In this document: in pieces, positions 1 through 11,908 of the stretch
Numbering within the stretch: position 1 is the first letter of the stretch
Layout: every line of letters starts with the position of its first letter
DNA from: Strigamia acuminata
Taxonomy: Eukaryota
DNA: 64,000 nt
NCBI GenBank assembly: GCA_949358305.1
Contig: OX442314.1
Span: forward strand, 8,432,001-8,496,000
Reading direction: 5' to 3'
The notes under the pieces: model-generated
What the model saw: the letters and a program-made list of their open reading frames with translations, nothing else
The model's database searches: none
What the model was told of the DNA's origin: nothing
Program-made: the position numbers and the translations under genes

Positions 1-788
1 AAATTGGAAGTTTGCCATCTAGTGAGAAAATGTAGCAAAACTGCTTAAAGGACTTGAGTTAATGTATTTTCATGTAAAATGTAAAATCATTCTGTGATTA
101 AAAGTAAATAAATAATACACAGTTATGATACTTAGCGATTTTGCACAAAGTATTCAGTATCGAGCAGTGCATAGCCAGCGGTACCAAACGACGAGTGTTG
201 ATCGATTGTCCAGGTCTGGAAAAATAAGCAAATGTACAATAATTTAACGGTAGTTTTACAAGATTTCTAGAACATAAAATGTATTTTAAAGTATGGATTT
301 ATGGATTTATTATTGCAATTTGATAGCGGAATAAACAAGCATCCTTCTAAATGATTACAATCAGTTTGCTTATGCCGGCCGCAGTAGTGGCGAGAGTCGC
401 CTCGCCGACTTTGGTATTTATTCAAAAATTCTTGCGGTGGAAATCCGTTGCTCGAGTCGAAAATTAGAACATCAAATTTTCCACTTGAATCCATTTTGGA
501 AAAAGAAGAGAGGAAAGAAAAAAAATTAAAGAAACCGCAAATGTATTCCACGTCTCTTAAATATCGATCCAAGCCAATCGATAATCGGAAATGACCTCGC
601 AAATGTCGAGGACCTTTACATTTCGTTCGAAGCCGCGACCCGATGCATTTTTCAATGGCATGTGCACGGTGGAAAATTCGGCTCTTTAATAGTTACCATT
701 ACTGTTCCAAAAAGAAGAAATGGCTTGTTATTTCTGTTACCGTTACTTCTTCAGAAACACTAGCGATTCTTTTTGCGCACAATGTAAA

Positions 789-1092
789 TAAGGTGCGCAC
801 CATAAGTATAGAATAATCAGTTTTTTTGAAATATTTCTTTTTGCGCTTCATCTGGAATCAAACCAATTTTTTAATAAATGTATTTTGTCATTGGAATTCA
901 TTTAAAATTAACAGGTTTATAAGTTTTGTAGAAAAATAAAATTGGCAGTAATTTTACATAAAAACGGGGATGACATAAGTATAGAATATTTTAGGTTTGA
1001 CGCAAAAAATTGGATAAAATTAACTTCACGTAACATGCCTTTGTCTTATTAGAAAAAAAACTGATTATTCTATACTTATGGCGCGCACCTTA
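789..1092. mobile_element. MITE with ~39-bp terminal inverted repeats
   Basis: TAAGGTGCGCACCATAAGTATAGAATAATCAG at the left end matches the reverse complement of CTGATTATTCTATACTTATGGCGCGCACCTTA at the right end; no ORF. Confidence 0.75.
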
Positions 1093-1749
1093 CCATGGCA
1101 TAACTCAAGTAACACAATAAATGATTTAACATCGCATCTAGATGGATGAGATGCGATGTTTAATATTCTATCAACGTACAGTTCGCGCTGGGTGTCTTGA
1201 TGCTAAATTCGTACTGAGCATCCCATTCTGCGCAGACGATTTTCTAATTCCAGTTGTTATTTAGCAGTATTAGGCCTAATATTAGGCCTAATAATTTATA
1301 TTGTTTTTAATGTTTGATTTTACCTGATAATAATATTTGCAGGGATTTATTTTCTTTTGGAAAAGTTGTAAGGATTTATCGAGCAGTAAAACAGCTTATT
1401 TATTCTGCCTGTTGCAATAAAGTTAATGCAAGATGTACACCTTGCTCCAATTGCCTGATGTTCTGTACATTGCCTGGGAAATGGGATTTTCTTTTGTTTT
1501 CTTCGAGAAATAAGAAAAAATAAGTTAAGCTTTAATACATTTCTTCAAAGGGAAGTGAAAATCCCTTGTTCTATTTGAAATGGAATCATTTTTCTATTTT
1601 TCATCAGAAATACATTTTTATAAAGATTTTAAGTGGTCTAGAAATTTTTATAAAAACTCTCAGAAAACCATTAGAAATTCTAAAAGTTGTTTCCAAATTC
1701 TAGAAACTGTTTCAAAATTCAAGAACTAATTAGACATGTACAGATCATA

Positions 1750-2660
1750 AAAAAACCTTTAAATCCCTATAAATCCTTTAAAAATCCCTTAAACACTTTA
1801 AAATCCCTTAAATACTTTAAAATCCCTAAAAGACATTAAAATCCTTTAAATACTTTTAAAATCCCTAAAAGACATTAAAATCCTTTAAATACTTTTAAAA
1901 TCCCTAAAATACATTTTTAAAAAATCTCTTAAAACCATTAAAAATCCCTTAAATCCTTTAAAAATCCCATAAATCTTTTGAAATCCTTAAAATCCTGAAT
2001 ATTCTATCAAAATTAGACAAATAGACACCCTATAAAAATCCTAGAATATCCTAAAGATCCTATAAATCCTTTTAAACTAAATACTATAAAACCTAGAAAC
2101 CTTAGAAAAATCCTAGAAACCTTAGAAAAATCCTAGAAACCTTAGAAAATCCCTAGGAACCTTAGAAAAATCCTAGAAACCTTAGAAAAATCCTAGGAAC
2201 CTTAGAAAAATCCTAGAAACCTTAGAAAAATCCTAGAAACCTTAGAAAAACCGTAGAAATCTTAGAAAAATCCTAGAAACCTTAGAAAAACCATAGAAAC
2301 CTTAGAAAAATACTAGAAATCTTAGAAAAATCCTAGAAACCATAGAAAATTCTAGAAACTTTTGAAAAATCCTAGAAACCATAGAAAAATTCTAGAAACC
2401 TTAGAAAAATCCTAGAAACCTTAGAAAAACCCTAGAAACCTTAGAAAAACCATAGAAATCTTAGAAAAATCCTAGAAACCTTAGAAAAACCATAGAAACC
2501 TTAGAAAAATCCTAGAAATCTTAGAAAAACCCTAGAAACCATAGAAAATTCTAGAAACTTTTGAAAAATCCTAGAAACCATAGAAAAATTCTAGAAACCT
2601 TAGAAAAATCCTAGAAACCTTAGAAAATTCTAGAAACCATAGAAAACTCTTAGAAATCAT
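1750..2660. repeat. Low-complexity tandem repeats (degenerate TTAAAAATCCC, then 20-bp CCTAGAAACCTTAGAAAAAT array)
   Basis: Directly visible tandem array, most regular at ~2090-2655. Confidence 0.9.
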
Positions 2661-3431
2661 ACAAAAACCTGACAAAAGCACTATAAATGGTTTTAAATCC
2701 TAAATACCTCTTGAAAATCCCAAGAACACTCAACATCTGGACATAAATCAGACTCAACCACAATCTTAAGGAAAAAGTTATTGACACAAACTCTGTACAT
2801 TTACAAGCCCCAGACCATCCAGATAAGCAACAAAATTTCATCTAATGTCACTGTTTCACTGCCTCTTGAGAGACATTTTGATTCATAACTTCTTTAGTTT
2901 TACAAGACTAACAAAATTATTTGCAGTGTGTGCAAAATTTCATCACTAATTCGATGCAAAAATTGCCGCTTCACTTCAGATTCAATTTTCAAATTACAGT
3001 ATGATTTGATGCAAACAGACTGGCAACAGCCTAGCTAAAACCTTCCCAGTGCCACTCATCAAATTCTGCATTTAAAGTATGCTTGTCACTTGGATTTTTC
3101 CAAAGAGCAATAAAATATCCTTTCAATGGCAATAGCTGGGGCCAGCCTCAGAAGCGGTTTATGATCTAAGCACAAAAAGGCGCATGTATTGGGCCCTCAA
3201 TTTCAAGGGGCCCAAAAAGTAAAAACTATATTTTTTTTTTAAATAATAAAAAAAAAATTAAAAAATACTCTGTATAACGGTTTTAATTTCAAATAAAATT
3301 TTTAATTTAAATTTTTAATTTTTAAATTTAAATTTGCGGTATATCGTGGTGCGGAACTTTTGTCACTAACCCTTTTATTTTCAGCCTCTATTTTTAAAAA
3401 TCTAATTACATTAGATCCAAAAATAACAAAA

Positions 3432-4060
3432 TATACTCTTGTTCGACTCAAAAGTGTAGATATGTTTTTATCACAAAGTGTTATAGTCTAAGTGTATTAA
3501 TTGATGTATTGTTGACGTACGAGATTGCACAAGAATGGAGTGCAACCAATGTAGTTATTGTAATGAGAGTGTTGTTCGAGTTGGAATAAAATGCCGACAT
3601 ATTCATCTTGTTGATATTTCCAATGATTGAGTATTTATTCTAAACCAACAAAAAGGATGCCCTTCTCCCATTGGCCGAGCCGTATCACTGGTTTAGTGAT
3701 CCAAAAATGTAGACCCAAATACCAGAAATGCATTACAATGTACAGACATTGTAATCGATTGCCTAGGCAACGGCCAAAAATTCAAACTTGTTTTCTTTCC
3801 AGACAAAATAATCGATAAACAGAACAAATAAGAGTTTTTCAGTTATACAGTATGTGCATAGAAATGTTATTTCCGAAAAGGAAATAACATTTCTTTATAA
3901 AAATAATCAAAATTATATCAACTTAAATGGTAATAGCAATCACAAACCATAATAAAAATAAAAACTACTTCTCCTAGTGGTAGTAATACAAACTTGAGGT
4001 AGGAGTAATGCGGCTCGGCCAATGGGAGAAGGGCACCCTTTTGAGTCGAACAAGAGTATA
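3432..4060. mobile_element. TACTCT-family MITE, copy 1 (TA-flanked)
   Basis: TATACTCTTGTTCGACTCAAAAG ... CTTTTGAGTCGAACAAGAGTATA; internal CCCATTGGCC/GGCCAATGGG and body shared with the copies at 10.0, 11.4, 45.0 and 54.3 kb. Confidence 0.8.
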
Positions 4061-5129
4061 ACTAAAATTAGATTCAAAATAAATATAAAACTAATTGAAT
4101 GAAGTGGGACGCTTATACATGTCCATGTGCTGTGGCAGCCATCTTTGTTGGGTGATTAGGGATTTTCCTTAGAGTTAAAACCCCAAAGACGTCATTCTTT
4201 TGTCGAATTAGAAACATCCAAATGTATCAGTTGTAGTCATCCATTATGGAAATCTACTTGTAGACAGATATCATGGAAGATAAAGGTTATGATGAATGAG
4301 TGGAAAGTTACAATGGCTGCTGAACTGATTCAACATAAACAAATAATTCAGCATGAATGCTCCAGATAATAGCATCTAACTAGTTAAGAAATGCAAATCC
4401 ATGAGTTTTGATGATCTTACGGTGAAACTATTTTTAGAACAAATCAATATTTGTTTTCAAGGGGTGTTTTTAACACAAAGAAAATTAGAAAAGGAGATCA
4501 AAACAAGACAAGACACTTCTTTGATGTAAAATAAATGAAATTAGATTCAAAATAAATCTAAAACTAATTGAATGAAGTGGGAAACTTATACACGTCCATG
4601 TGCTGCGGCGGCCATCTTTATTGGAGCAAAAATGACTCGGGTTGGGTCAATAGGGATTTTTTTTAGAGTTAAAAATTAAAATTCCAAAGACAGTCATTGA
4701 ATCAACACCTTTCTCAGAGCATCAATTACCAATAGCAGAATATGTTGATCATTGTTTGTTAGTAATATTTAGATATTGTATCACTAAATTGCATTGTATA
4801 TGTAGTTGTCAGGGAGAAATAAATACACAGAATGAAGTTTTAAATACGAAGCTTTAATGAAAACTTAAATGAATATCTCTTATTACTATAAATTCATGAT
4901 CTCTAATAATTAGGGAGTCCCAATTAAAACATGAAAGTCTGGAATTAAGCATAAAGGAGCTTATAGATTTAATTAACCAATAACCGAAGTATACTGACCC
5001 CCGAGACCCACTTCATGAGGGCCTGCCACTAAGATTGAAGCAACATGACCCTACAAATGAGTGGAAGAATAACTGCCATGGCTGCGCAAATACGGGTCGC
5101 GACAATTTGAGTCGCACTAATCCAAACCC

Positions 5130-6343
5130 CGTCGCAAAAACGTAACTTTTTGCATCGGTTTTAAACGTTTTGATGACGTTTTCATCATCAAAACATTCGT
5201 TTTGATCACTTTTTACAACAAAAACGGCGAAAACAGGCGTTTTCGTCATTAAAATCAATGACAACGACTGCTTTACTAAAAAAAAAAGTGTTTTCTTTTC
5301 ATCTGCAAACCACAAAACATAAAATAAAACTTTTCAATTTTTAAAAAAAAAATTGGAAAAGAGAACTGAACTATTGGTTCAAGTTCGTAATCTTGAACTT
5401 AGTTCACTTTAAAAAAAATTGTAGTGAACGTGAACGTGAACTTGAACTAGTTCGCACTTTGGTGAACGAGATACCGGGTGGTCTACATAAAAGCGACCCG
5501 ACAATACAAGTATACATGCACAAAATTAAATATACATTAATCATTAGCTGTGCGCAGTGTTGTTTATTTAACGTTTCTAGTGCAGTTTTTTCCGCTCTTT
5601 CGTTTGGTGTTTAGTTTTGAACAATCCGAGCCTTCGTTCTCGAGATATTTGCATTTTTCTTCAATTTTTGTCCGAATTTTCTAAATTTGATGGCACTAGT
5701 CAGCTTGAATTTTAGATTTTGGGGTAATTTTGTGGATTTCTTCAGCAGTACTGGTACCGGTATAGGTACACAGTACTTATAAAAAAATACCGCAATTTGT
5801 GGGACTGGTACGGTACCTGTAACACTTTTTTGGTACCAAACGACTTTACTTTAGCAAAATCTCAAAAAATGTAGCAAAATCTCAAAAAATGTAGCAAAAT
5901 CTCAAAAAATGTAGCAAAATCTCACAAAATCAAGCACAATCTTACAAAATCTCACAAAGTCAAGCACAATCTCACAAAATCTTATAAAATCAAGCAAAAT
6001 CTCATACTGGTACATCTGAAAAAATCCATAAAAGTACAATTGAAGAGATTCAAAAAGTACCACAAAATTCAGGAATGACTAGAGCAATCAAACTTAGCGA
6101 ATTGGGACAATAATTGATTAAAATCGCAAATATCTTGAGAACAAAAGCTCAGATCTTCAAAAACTAAATACCAAACGAATGAGCGGAAAAAACTACACTA
6201 GAAACGTTAATTGAACAACCCTGACCACAGCTAATGATTTATGTATATTTAATTTTGTGCATGTATACATTTTTTGAGTCGCCCTTCGCAAGACTCCGTG
6301 TATTGTCGGGCCGCTTTTATGTGGGCCACCTGGTACAACACTG
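5130..6343. mobile_element. Partial hAT-like non-autonomous element, interrupted near its end by a MITE
   Basis: 5130-5473 plus 6334-6343 match the right part of the complete copy at 54562-55059 (..GTGAACGAGATA|CAACACTG). Confidence 0.7.
5474..6333. mobile_element. Tc1/mariner-type MITE (TA TSD) containing a 20-bp tandem repeat
   Basis: TA-CCGGGTGGTCTACATAAAAGCGACCCGACAATAC ... GTATTGTCGGGCCGCTTTTATGTGGGCCACCTGG-TA, with long internal inverted arms. Confidence 0.8.
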
Positions 6344-7108
6344 TTGGGGACATATTGCATGCATGAAAATATTTTAAAACAAAAAGGCCTTTCGATATTG
6401 CCAAAGAATTTTTTTATTATTTACAATTGATACAAGTTTTCATATATTAAACGTTTGCATATTTTTTCTCATCAATTGAATTGGACTTCAGTCTTCATCA
6501 TTCCTAAAAAGTCACAGAAATTATTCAAAAGTAATTTACGAGTTTTAAAGAACAAAAAACTAAATTTTGCTCATGGATTACACTCAAGGCTAAATAACTG
6601 CTTCACTTTCAGATTGTTCTCTATTGTAGTTATCACTCACAAAATCTAACAAAATGTCTTTTACAACTCATTTTAAAACTCAAAACTTCAAAATATGTGT
6701 ACAAGGGTGCAGAAGGATACTTTGTCGTGACCCAACTTAGGGTTAAACAATACAAAATGTTTAATAACCGAATAATAAAATAAATCAAAAGAATCTACTC
6801 CTCCCTAAACTCTATTCCGAAAAGTACTTGAAATACTCCCATTGGTTGGGAGATTCACATTGTGGATGACTACAATCACATGACTGAGTCAACCAATCCT
6901 GGTGCGTCACTATGCAAACACACAACAAATACACAAAATGGCTGCTGACATTATACCGAGGAGACCGACAATCGCAAAAAATCTCGTTGATGGTTGGCTA
7001 AATCCCAAATAAATTCTTAAATCTTGTACAAATCCCTAAATCCCGATTAAATCCCTAAATCTCGACTAAATCCCTAAATCTCAAAATAAATCCCCATGAA
7101 CACTTTAC

Positions 7109-7392
7109 CTTTTTGCAAGGTTCAAGACAAGCGCACTCGCCACTGCGGCAGTAACCTATCGGATCACCAGGATTGGTGCAAAAGATGTCACACGTCACGT
7201 TCTTAAGACATGGGTGGAGGCCACCTGAAGGAACAGGAGTAGCTACTGACCGGCAATCCTTCTTTGCTACTAAGAATTGGAAATCTTTTTTCAAAGACCA
7301 AATATTAAACCAAAACTGAAATTTCCTTGTCCCGAATAGACCTTACCAACGCTCAGCACAAGACAAAAGAGCAAGTTGATTAGATATTTCAT
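7109..7392 (-). CDS. Defensin-like CS-alpha/beta peptide 1 (8 Cys, drosomycin/plant-defensin spacing); stop codon lost
   Basis: Exon1 7392-7347 MKYLINLLFCLVLSV(G|GTAAG), phase-1 intron, exon2 from 7266 (or 7269): AKKDCRSVATPVPSGGLHPCLKNVTCDIFCTNPGDPIGYCRSGECACLEPCKK. The paralogous TAA is AAA here, so the C-terminus depends on splicing at GT 7108 (unspliced stop at 7055). Confidence 0.85.
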
Positions 7393-7703
7393 TTTCAATG
7401 AATACTCTTGTGTTGGAAGTATTTAACTACGTAATGAACAGCGGACTTTCTTTTTGGTACCGGTAATGTCGTACACAAACAAATTTATTAATGGCCTTAT
7501 CTAAATTGTTTTCAACTTTAATTAACAAAGTGTATTCAATTATGTATTTCAAACAATTGAATAATAAGTCATAAGGATGCCATAAAGTCTATTAAATATG
7601 AACTCATTGCTAGTTATTAGAATGGGCCTAAGCGTTAGGAAAATACCACCAACAGATGGCGAAAAGAAAAGTATTCGCTAAGACTTAAAGTAATAGCGTC
7701 ACG

Positions 7704-7932
7704 TGTTGAGGTTGTCGACGAGAAATAATGCACAGTTTAATTGTTTAAACTAAATAAAGACGGTTTATTAGACCTGCGACTTGACTTGTACGCAAGGTCG
7801 AACTTCAAAAGCAATAATACACACTACGTCAGTAGGCAGTACAAATCTTTATGCTGTCTGACGTGCAAGAACGAATCACAATGTTATAAATAAAACACAC
7901 TAGTATGTTCACTGCAAAATATCTACTCAACA
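7704..7932. mobile_element. Solo LTR (229 bp)
   Basis: TGTTGAG...CTCAACA termini with a perfect 5-bp TSD TCACG (7699-7703 and 7933-7937). Confidence 0.75.
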
Positions 7933-9332
7933 TCACGTTTGTTTTAAAAATTAACAGAGGGGCATAGTAGGAGTCAAGTGTTGCATCGAACGCAAACTAA
8001 GTTTGTTAGTTCGCAAACTAAGATCGCAAAATAGTTCACTTTTACAATAAGAGGTTTGAAAAATGATACACTGAAGGTGCTGAAGTGATTATGACGATTA
8101 TTCTGCCGAAGCGATTATCATGTGACTTGTGCGAACCAATCACATAAATTATCACTTCAGCACTTCAGCGCTTATGTATAATCGTTTGAAAAGGAGTTAT
8201 TTACCGTGAAGATCGGATAAGCGGTTTTGATAACACATCATACTTAAGAGGTGTATAGTTTGCGTTTGCTATTTTCAAGGTCGTTTAAACATTCTTACTA
8301 ATTGTCGCAACTTAAACCCATGTGCATCCAAGAAACAGGAATACAACAAGTTGTGTATAAAGTATTCTGATGTGCCATTCCAGCGCCCTTACAAGAGCTT
8401 TAAGTCATTGTTCCCTAAGTTACCAGATCTGAATGCATTTTATCAGTTCATGGAGACACACCAACTGTAAATCTGGCATAAAAATATTTGAAAACAAAAA
8501 GGTCTTCGGATATTGCCAAAGAATTTATTTATTATTTACAATTGATTAGTTTTCATATTTTAAACATTTTAAAATTTTGCATAATTTTTCGCATCAATTG
8601 AATTGGATACTCAGTCTTCATCATTTCTAAAAAGTGAATGAAATTATTCAAAAGTAATTTACGAGTCTTAAAAAACAAACAAGTAAATATCTGTAATGCA
8701 TGGAAGCATTACTTCTTAGACTTCTAAACCCCTTCCTACACTTTTCTGTCCGTCTGTCCCTAAATTAAACACCAAAATAAAAGAAAACAAAGTAATAAAA
8801 AATAAATTTTTTTGGCCAAAATAAAGCAACAACGAACAAAATCCCACCAAAATTCGATCAAAAATGATCATTTTAGACGACTAGAGCGCCATAAGGTAAA
8901 TAAAACGTCATTTCCGGTTCGGGTTGTAATAGACGACTAAAAGTCTAATAAAACCAGTTTTTTTTTATTAAACCGGAGGTCGGAGAAATACGAAAATACC
9001 TTAGGAACCTAATACAAGTATGCTGAGTTCATTGCGGTGTTATAGATAACTTGGGCAACTGGCATTGGTCCTCTATCAATCCGGTACGTTATAAAACATC
9101 ACGTTATAACCTTACACCATTATAACAGAATATAATTATAAGGAATAGGCCTGTATTATAACCTTATGTAATAAGGGAGCCAGTTTAAGTATCCTTATGA
9201 TTTTGCCAACAATAATCCTGACCCATTTTGTCACTCTAAATTTAATGAAATTAACATTTTCAATACGGAAACATGTCAAAGTTAAACCAAACCAATCAAA
9301 TAGATATTTAATGCTAAGTTACATTTTACCTC

Positions 9333-9593
9333 TTAGCGCGTGAATCTACACTTGCACTCGTGATCAGTACAGCGACCTACGAAAAAACCTTCGTCTGCAC
9401 AAGGTTTTTTACAGTCGGCGTCTTTACTGCACCGTTTTCCATGGTCCAGTTCACCAAACTCCCTCGCTAATAAGAATTTGAGATTTTTTTTTCAAAGATA
9501 AAATATTACGACAAAACTGAAATGTGTTTGTACTGAATAGAACTTACCAACACACAGAACAAAGCAGACGAACAAGATGGTTAGATATTTCAT
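9333..9593 (-). CDS. Defensin/short-toxin-like CS-alpha/beta peptide 2 (6 Cys), 59 aa; the mature exon is absent from the ORF track
   Basis: Exon1 9593-9548 MKYLTILFVCFVLCV, GT-AG phase-1 intron, exon2 9466-9333 AREFGELDHGKRCSKDADCKKPCADEGFFVGRCTDHECKCRFTR*; pattern C-x5-C-x3-C...GxC-x4-C-x-C. Confidence 0.88.
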
Positions 9594-10002
9594 TTTCGAT
9601 GGATGCTCTTTTAGTAGAAAGAATTTAACTAACAAATAGCGGATGGAAGAATTTCTTTTTGGATGTCTGTGCTGTTGTAGCGATAATACTTGTATATACA
9701 CATTTATTAATGGCCATATCTGAATGGTCTCTAATTGGTTGTATTTAATCGAGTTTATGAGGAACTATCAATTCTAATATATCAACTAATAGACCATAAA
9801 CTAAAGAAATGAAATATTAATCAACAAAACACCCATCCAATAAAGTATTTTAAGCAATTGAATAAACATACACATGCGGATGCTATATAATGTTTATTTA
9901 AAATGAATTATTAATTGTTACTTATTACGGAATACAATTTATATAAAGTTATTAAGTGCATTCAAGGTTTGTCTTACAAAATGTTGTGTGGTTGAAGTTT
10001 CA

Positions 10003-10409
10003 TACTCTGGCAGACCTTAAGAGTGGCCTTTCTCCCATTGGCCGAGCCATTTTACTGGCGTATTTATACAAAAAAATAGACCAAAACACCAGAATTGCAT
10101 TAGATGTCCAGACATTGCAATCGATTACCTATTGTTAGGAAATTGTTTGCTTTCCTGACAAAGCAACCAATAAACTAAAAAAAAAAATGTATTATGAAAT
10201 GCAAACGACCTAAAACATTATTATATGAATTAAAAAAAATATTTTCTTATAAAATACAAATAAAATTTCATCATTTTAATCATTAGAATAATCAAAAAAA
10301 TTAAGAAAAAAACAAAACTACTTTTCCTGGTGGTATGACACAGTCTACAGTTAGTAGTATTAAGGCTGGGCCAATGGGAGAAAGGCCACTCTTAAGGTCT
10401 GCCAGAGTA
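10003..10409. mobile_element. TACTCT-family MITE, copy 2
   Basis: TACTCTGGCAGACCTTAAGAGTGGCCTTTCTCCCATTGGCC occurs as a perfect inverted repeat at both ends. Confidence 0.85.
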
Positions 10410-10652
10410 TACTGTAGTTATAAAATTAGACATAACCTTATACACGTCACGTGATACTACCGAAACCCAAGCGCAAACTGTAGTAATGAACATACATTAG
10501 AGTAATGTTGTATTTTATAGTTACAATGTTTAAAACAATATTTATTTCCCCAAAATATATTATTTAATTGAAGCTTGATCACAACGATGCAACAATGCCA
10601 CAACTTTGAAAAGCACTTCTTTTCAATCAATTCCCCACGAACACTTTACTTC

Positions 10653-10978
10653 TCAACAAGATACAAGACATGCGCACTGGCCAAAGCGACAGAAACCTCT
10701 TGGAAAATCCTTTTCGGTGCACAAGGGGTTACATGTGGCATCCCTAAGACACGGGTTCATGCCACCTGTAGGAACAGGACGACCCGCTAACCCGCAATCG
10801 CGAGCTAATAAGTCACGGTCAGGATCAGGATGATGATGATGAACGTGCTTTGCTAATAAGAATTGGAAATCTTTTATCAAAGACAAAATATTAAACCAAA
10901 ACTGAATTTTCCTTGTCCAGAACAAACCTTACCAACGCACAACACAAGGCAGAAAAGCAAGATGATTGGATATTTCAT
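10653..10978 (-). CDS. His-rich defensin-like peptide 3 (8 Cys)
   Basis: Exon1 10978-10933 MKYPIILLFCLVLCV; exon2 10852-10653 AKHVHHHHPDPDRDLLARDCGLAGRPVPTGGMNPCLRDATCNPLCTEKDFPRGFCRFGQCACLVSC*. Confidence 0.88.
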
Positions 10979-11421
10979 TTTCAACGGATGCTCTTGTGGT
11001 AGAAGTATTAAACTACGTAACGAATAGCAGACTTTCTTTTTGGATTCCGCTGACGTGGTCCCGGTAATGCCATAAACTTAAAAATTTATTAATGGCCCTA
11101 TCAAAATCGTCTTTAATTGTTTTCAATATTAATTAACTAAAAGTGCATTCAATGATGTATTCTAAACAATAAAATAATCATACATAAGGATGCTATAAAG
11201 TTAATTTAATGTGAAGTAATTGTTAATTATTAGAATTTAGATATGAAATTGCTTTCAAGGCTCAAGTTAAAAAATCAATGAAATAATAAATAAATCAAAA
11301 ACAATAATACCATAAATTGCCGCCTGGGCGTTTATTTATTCTAATAAACAACAATTATTATTATTATATTTGGGGGGAAACGATAGATGGAGCAAATTTA
11401 ATAAAAGAACTGCAATGGACC

Positions 11422-11753
11422 TATACTCTTGTCAAGTCCCAGATAAGCCTCACTTCCATTGTCCGAGCCATTTCACTTGTGTAGTGACAAGAATTGCACT
11501 TGATGTACAGACATTGTAATCGAAAAAACAAATTCTAACATTGTTTGCTTTCCTGACGAAGCAACCAATAAACTGAACACACATGTATATTGAATTAAAA
11601 ACAGCATAAAACTTAATTTTATGAATGAAAAAAACATTTGATTATAAAAAAATACAAAACTACTTTTCCTGGTGGTAGTACAGAGTCTACAGTTAGTAGT
11701 AATTAGACTAGGCCAATGGGAGTGAGGCTTATCTTGGAGTTGACAAGAGTATA
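11422..11753. mobile_element. TACTCT-family MITE, copy 3
   Basis: TATACTCTTGTCAAGTCCCAGATAAGCCTCAC ... GTGAGGCTTATCTTGGAGTTGACAAGAGTATA. Confidence 0.8.
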
Positions 11754-11908
11754 TGCTACCAAGAGATGGCAAAAATAAAAGTATTCACCTAAAACTTAGA
11801 GATGGCATAAAGTTTGTTTAGTAGTTGCTGCACAGTTTGCGACAGGAACCAGGAACCTTTCCATATAAAAACCCCATTATGCCTATAAGTATAGTGGAAA
11901 ACTTATAA

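Noticed and set aside
7270..7294. ORF-track N-termini such as MKKDFQFL / MSLKKDFQFLL for the peptide genes
   Set aside because: Intronic. The real start is the upstream MKY exon, and the AAAAG site is missing in genes 2 and 6 while the TAG acceptor is conserved
7441..7502. kappaB-like GGACTTTC and GATA-like TTATCT upstream of the peptide genes
   Set aside because: Incomplete consensus, and conservation may only reflect recent duplication
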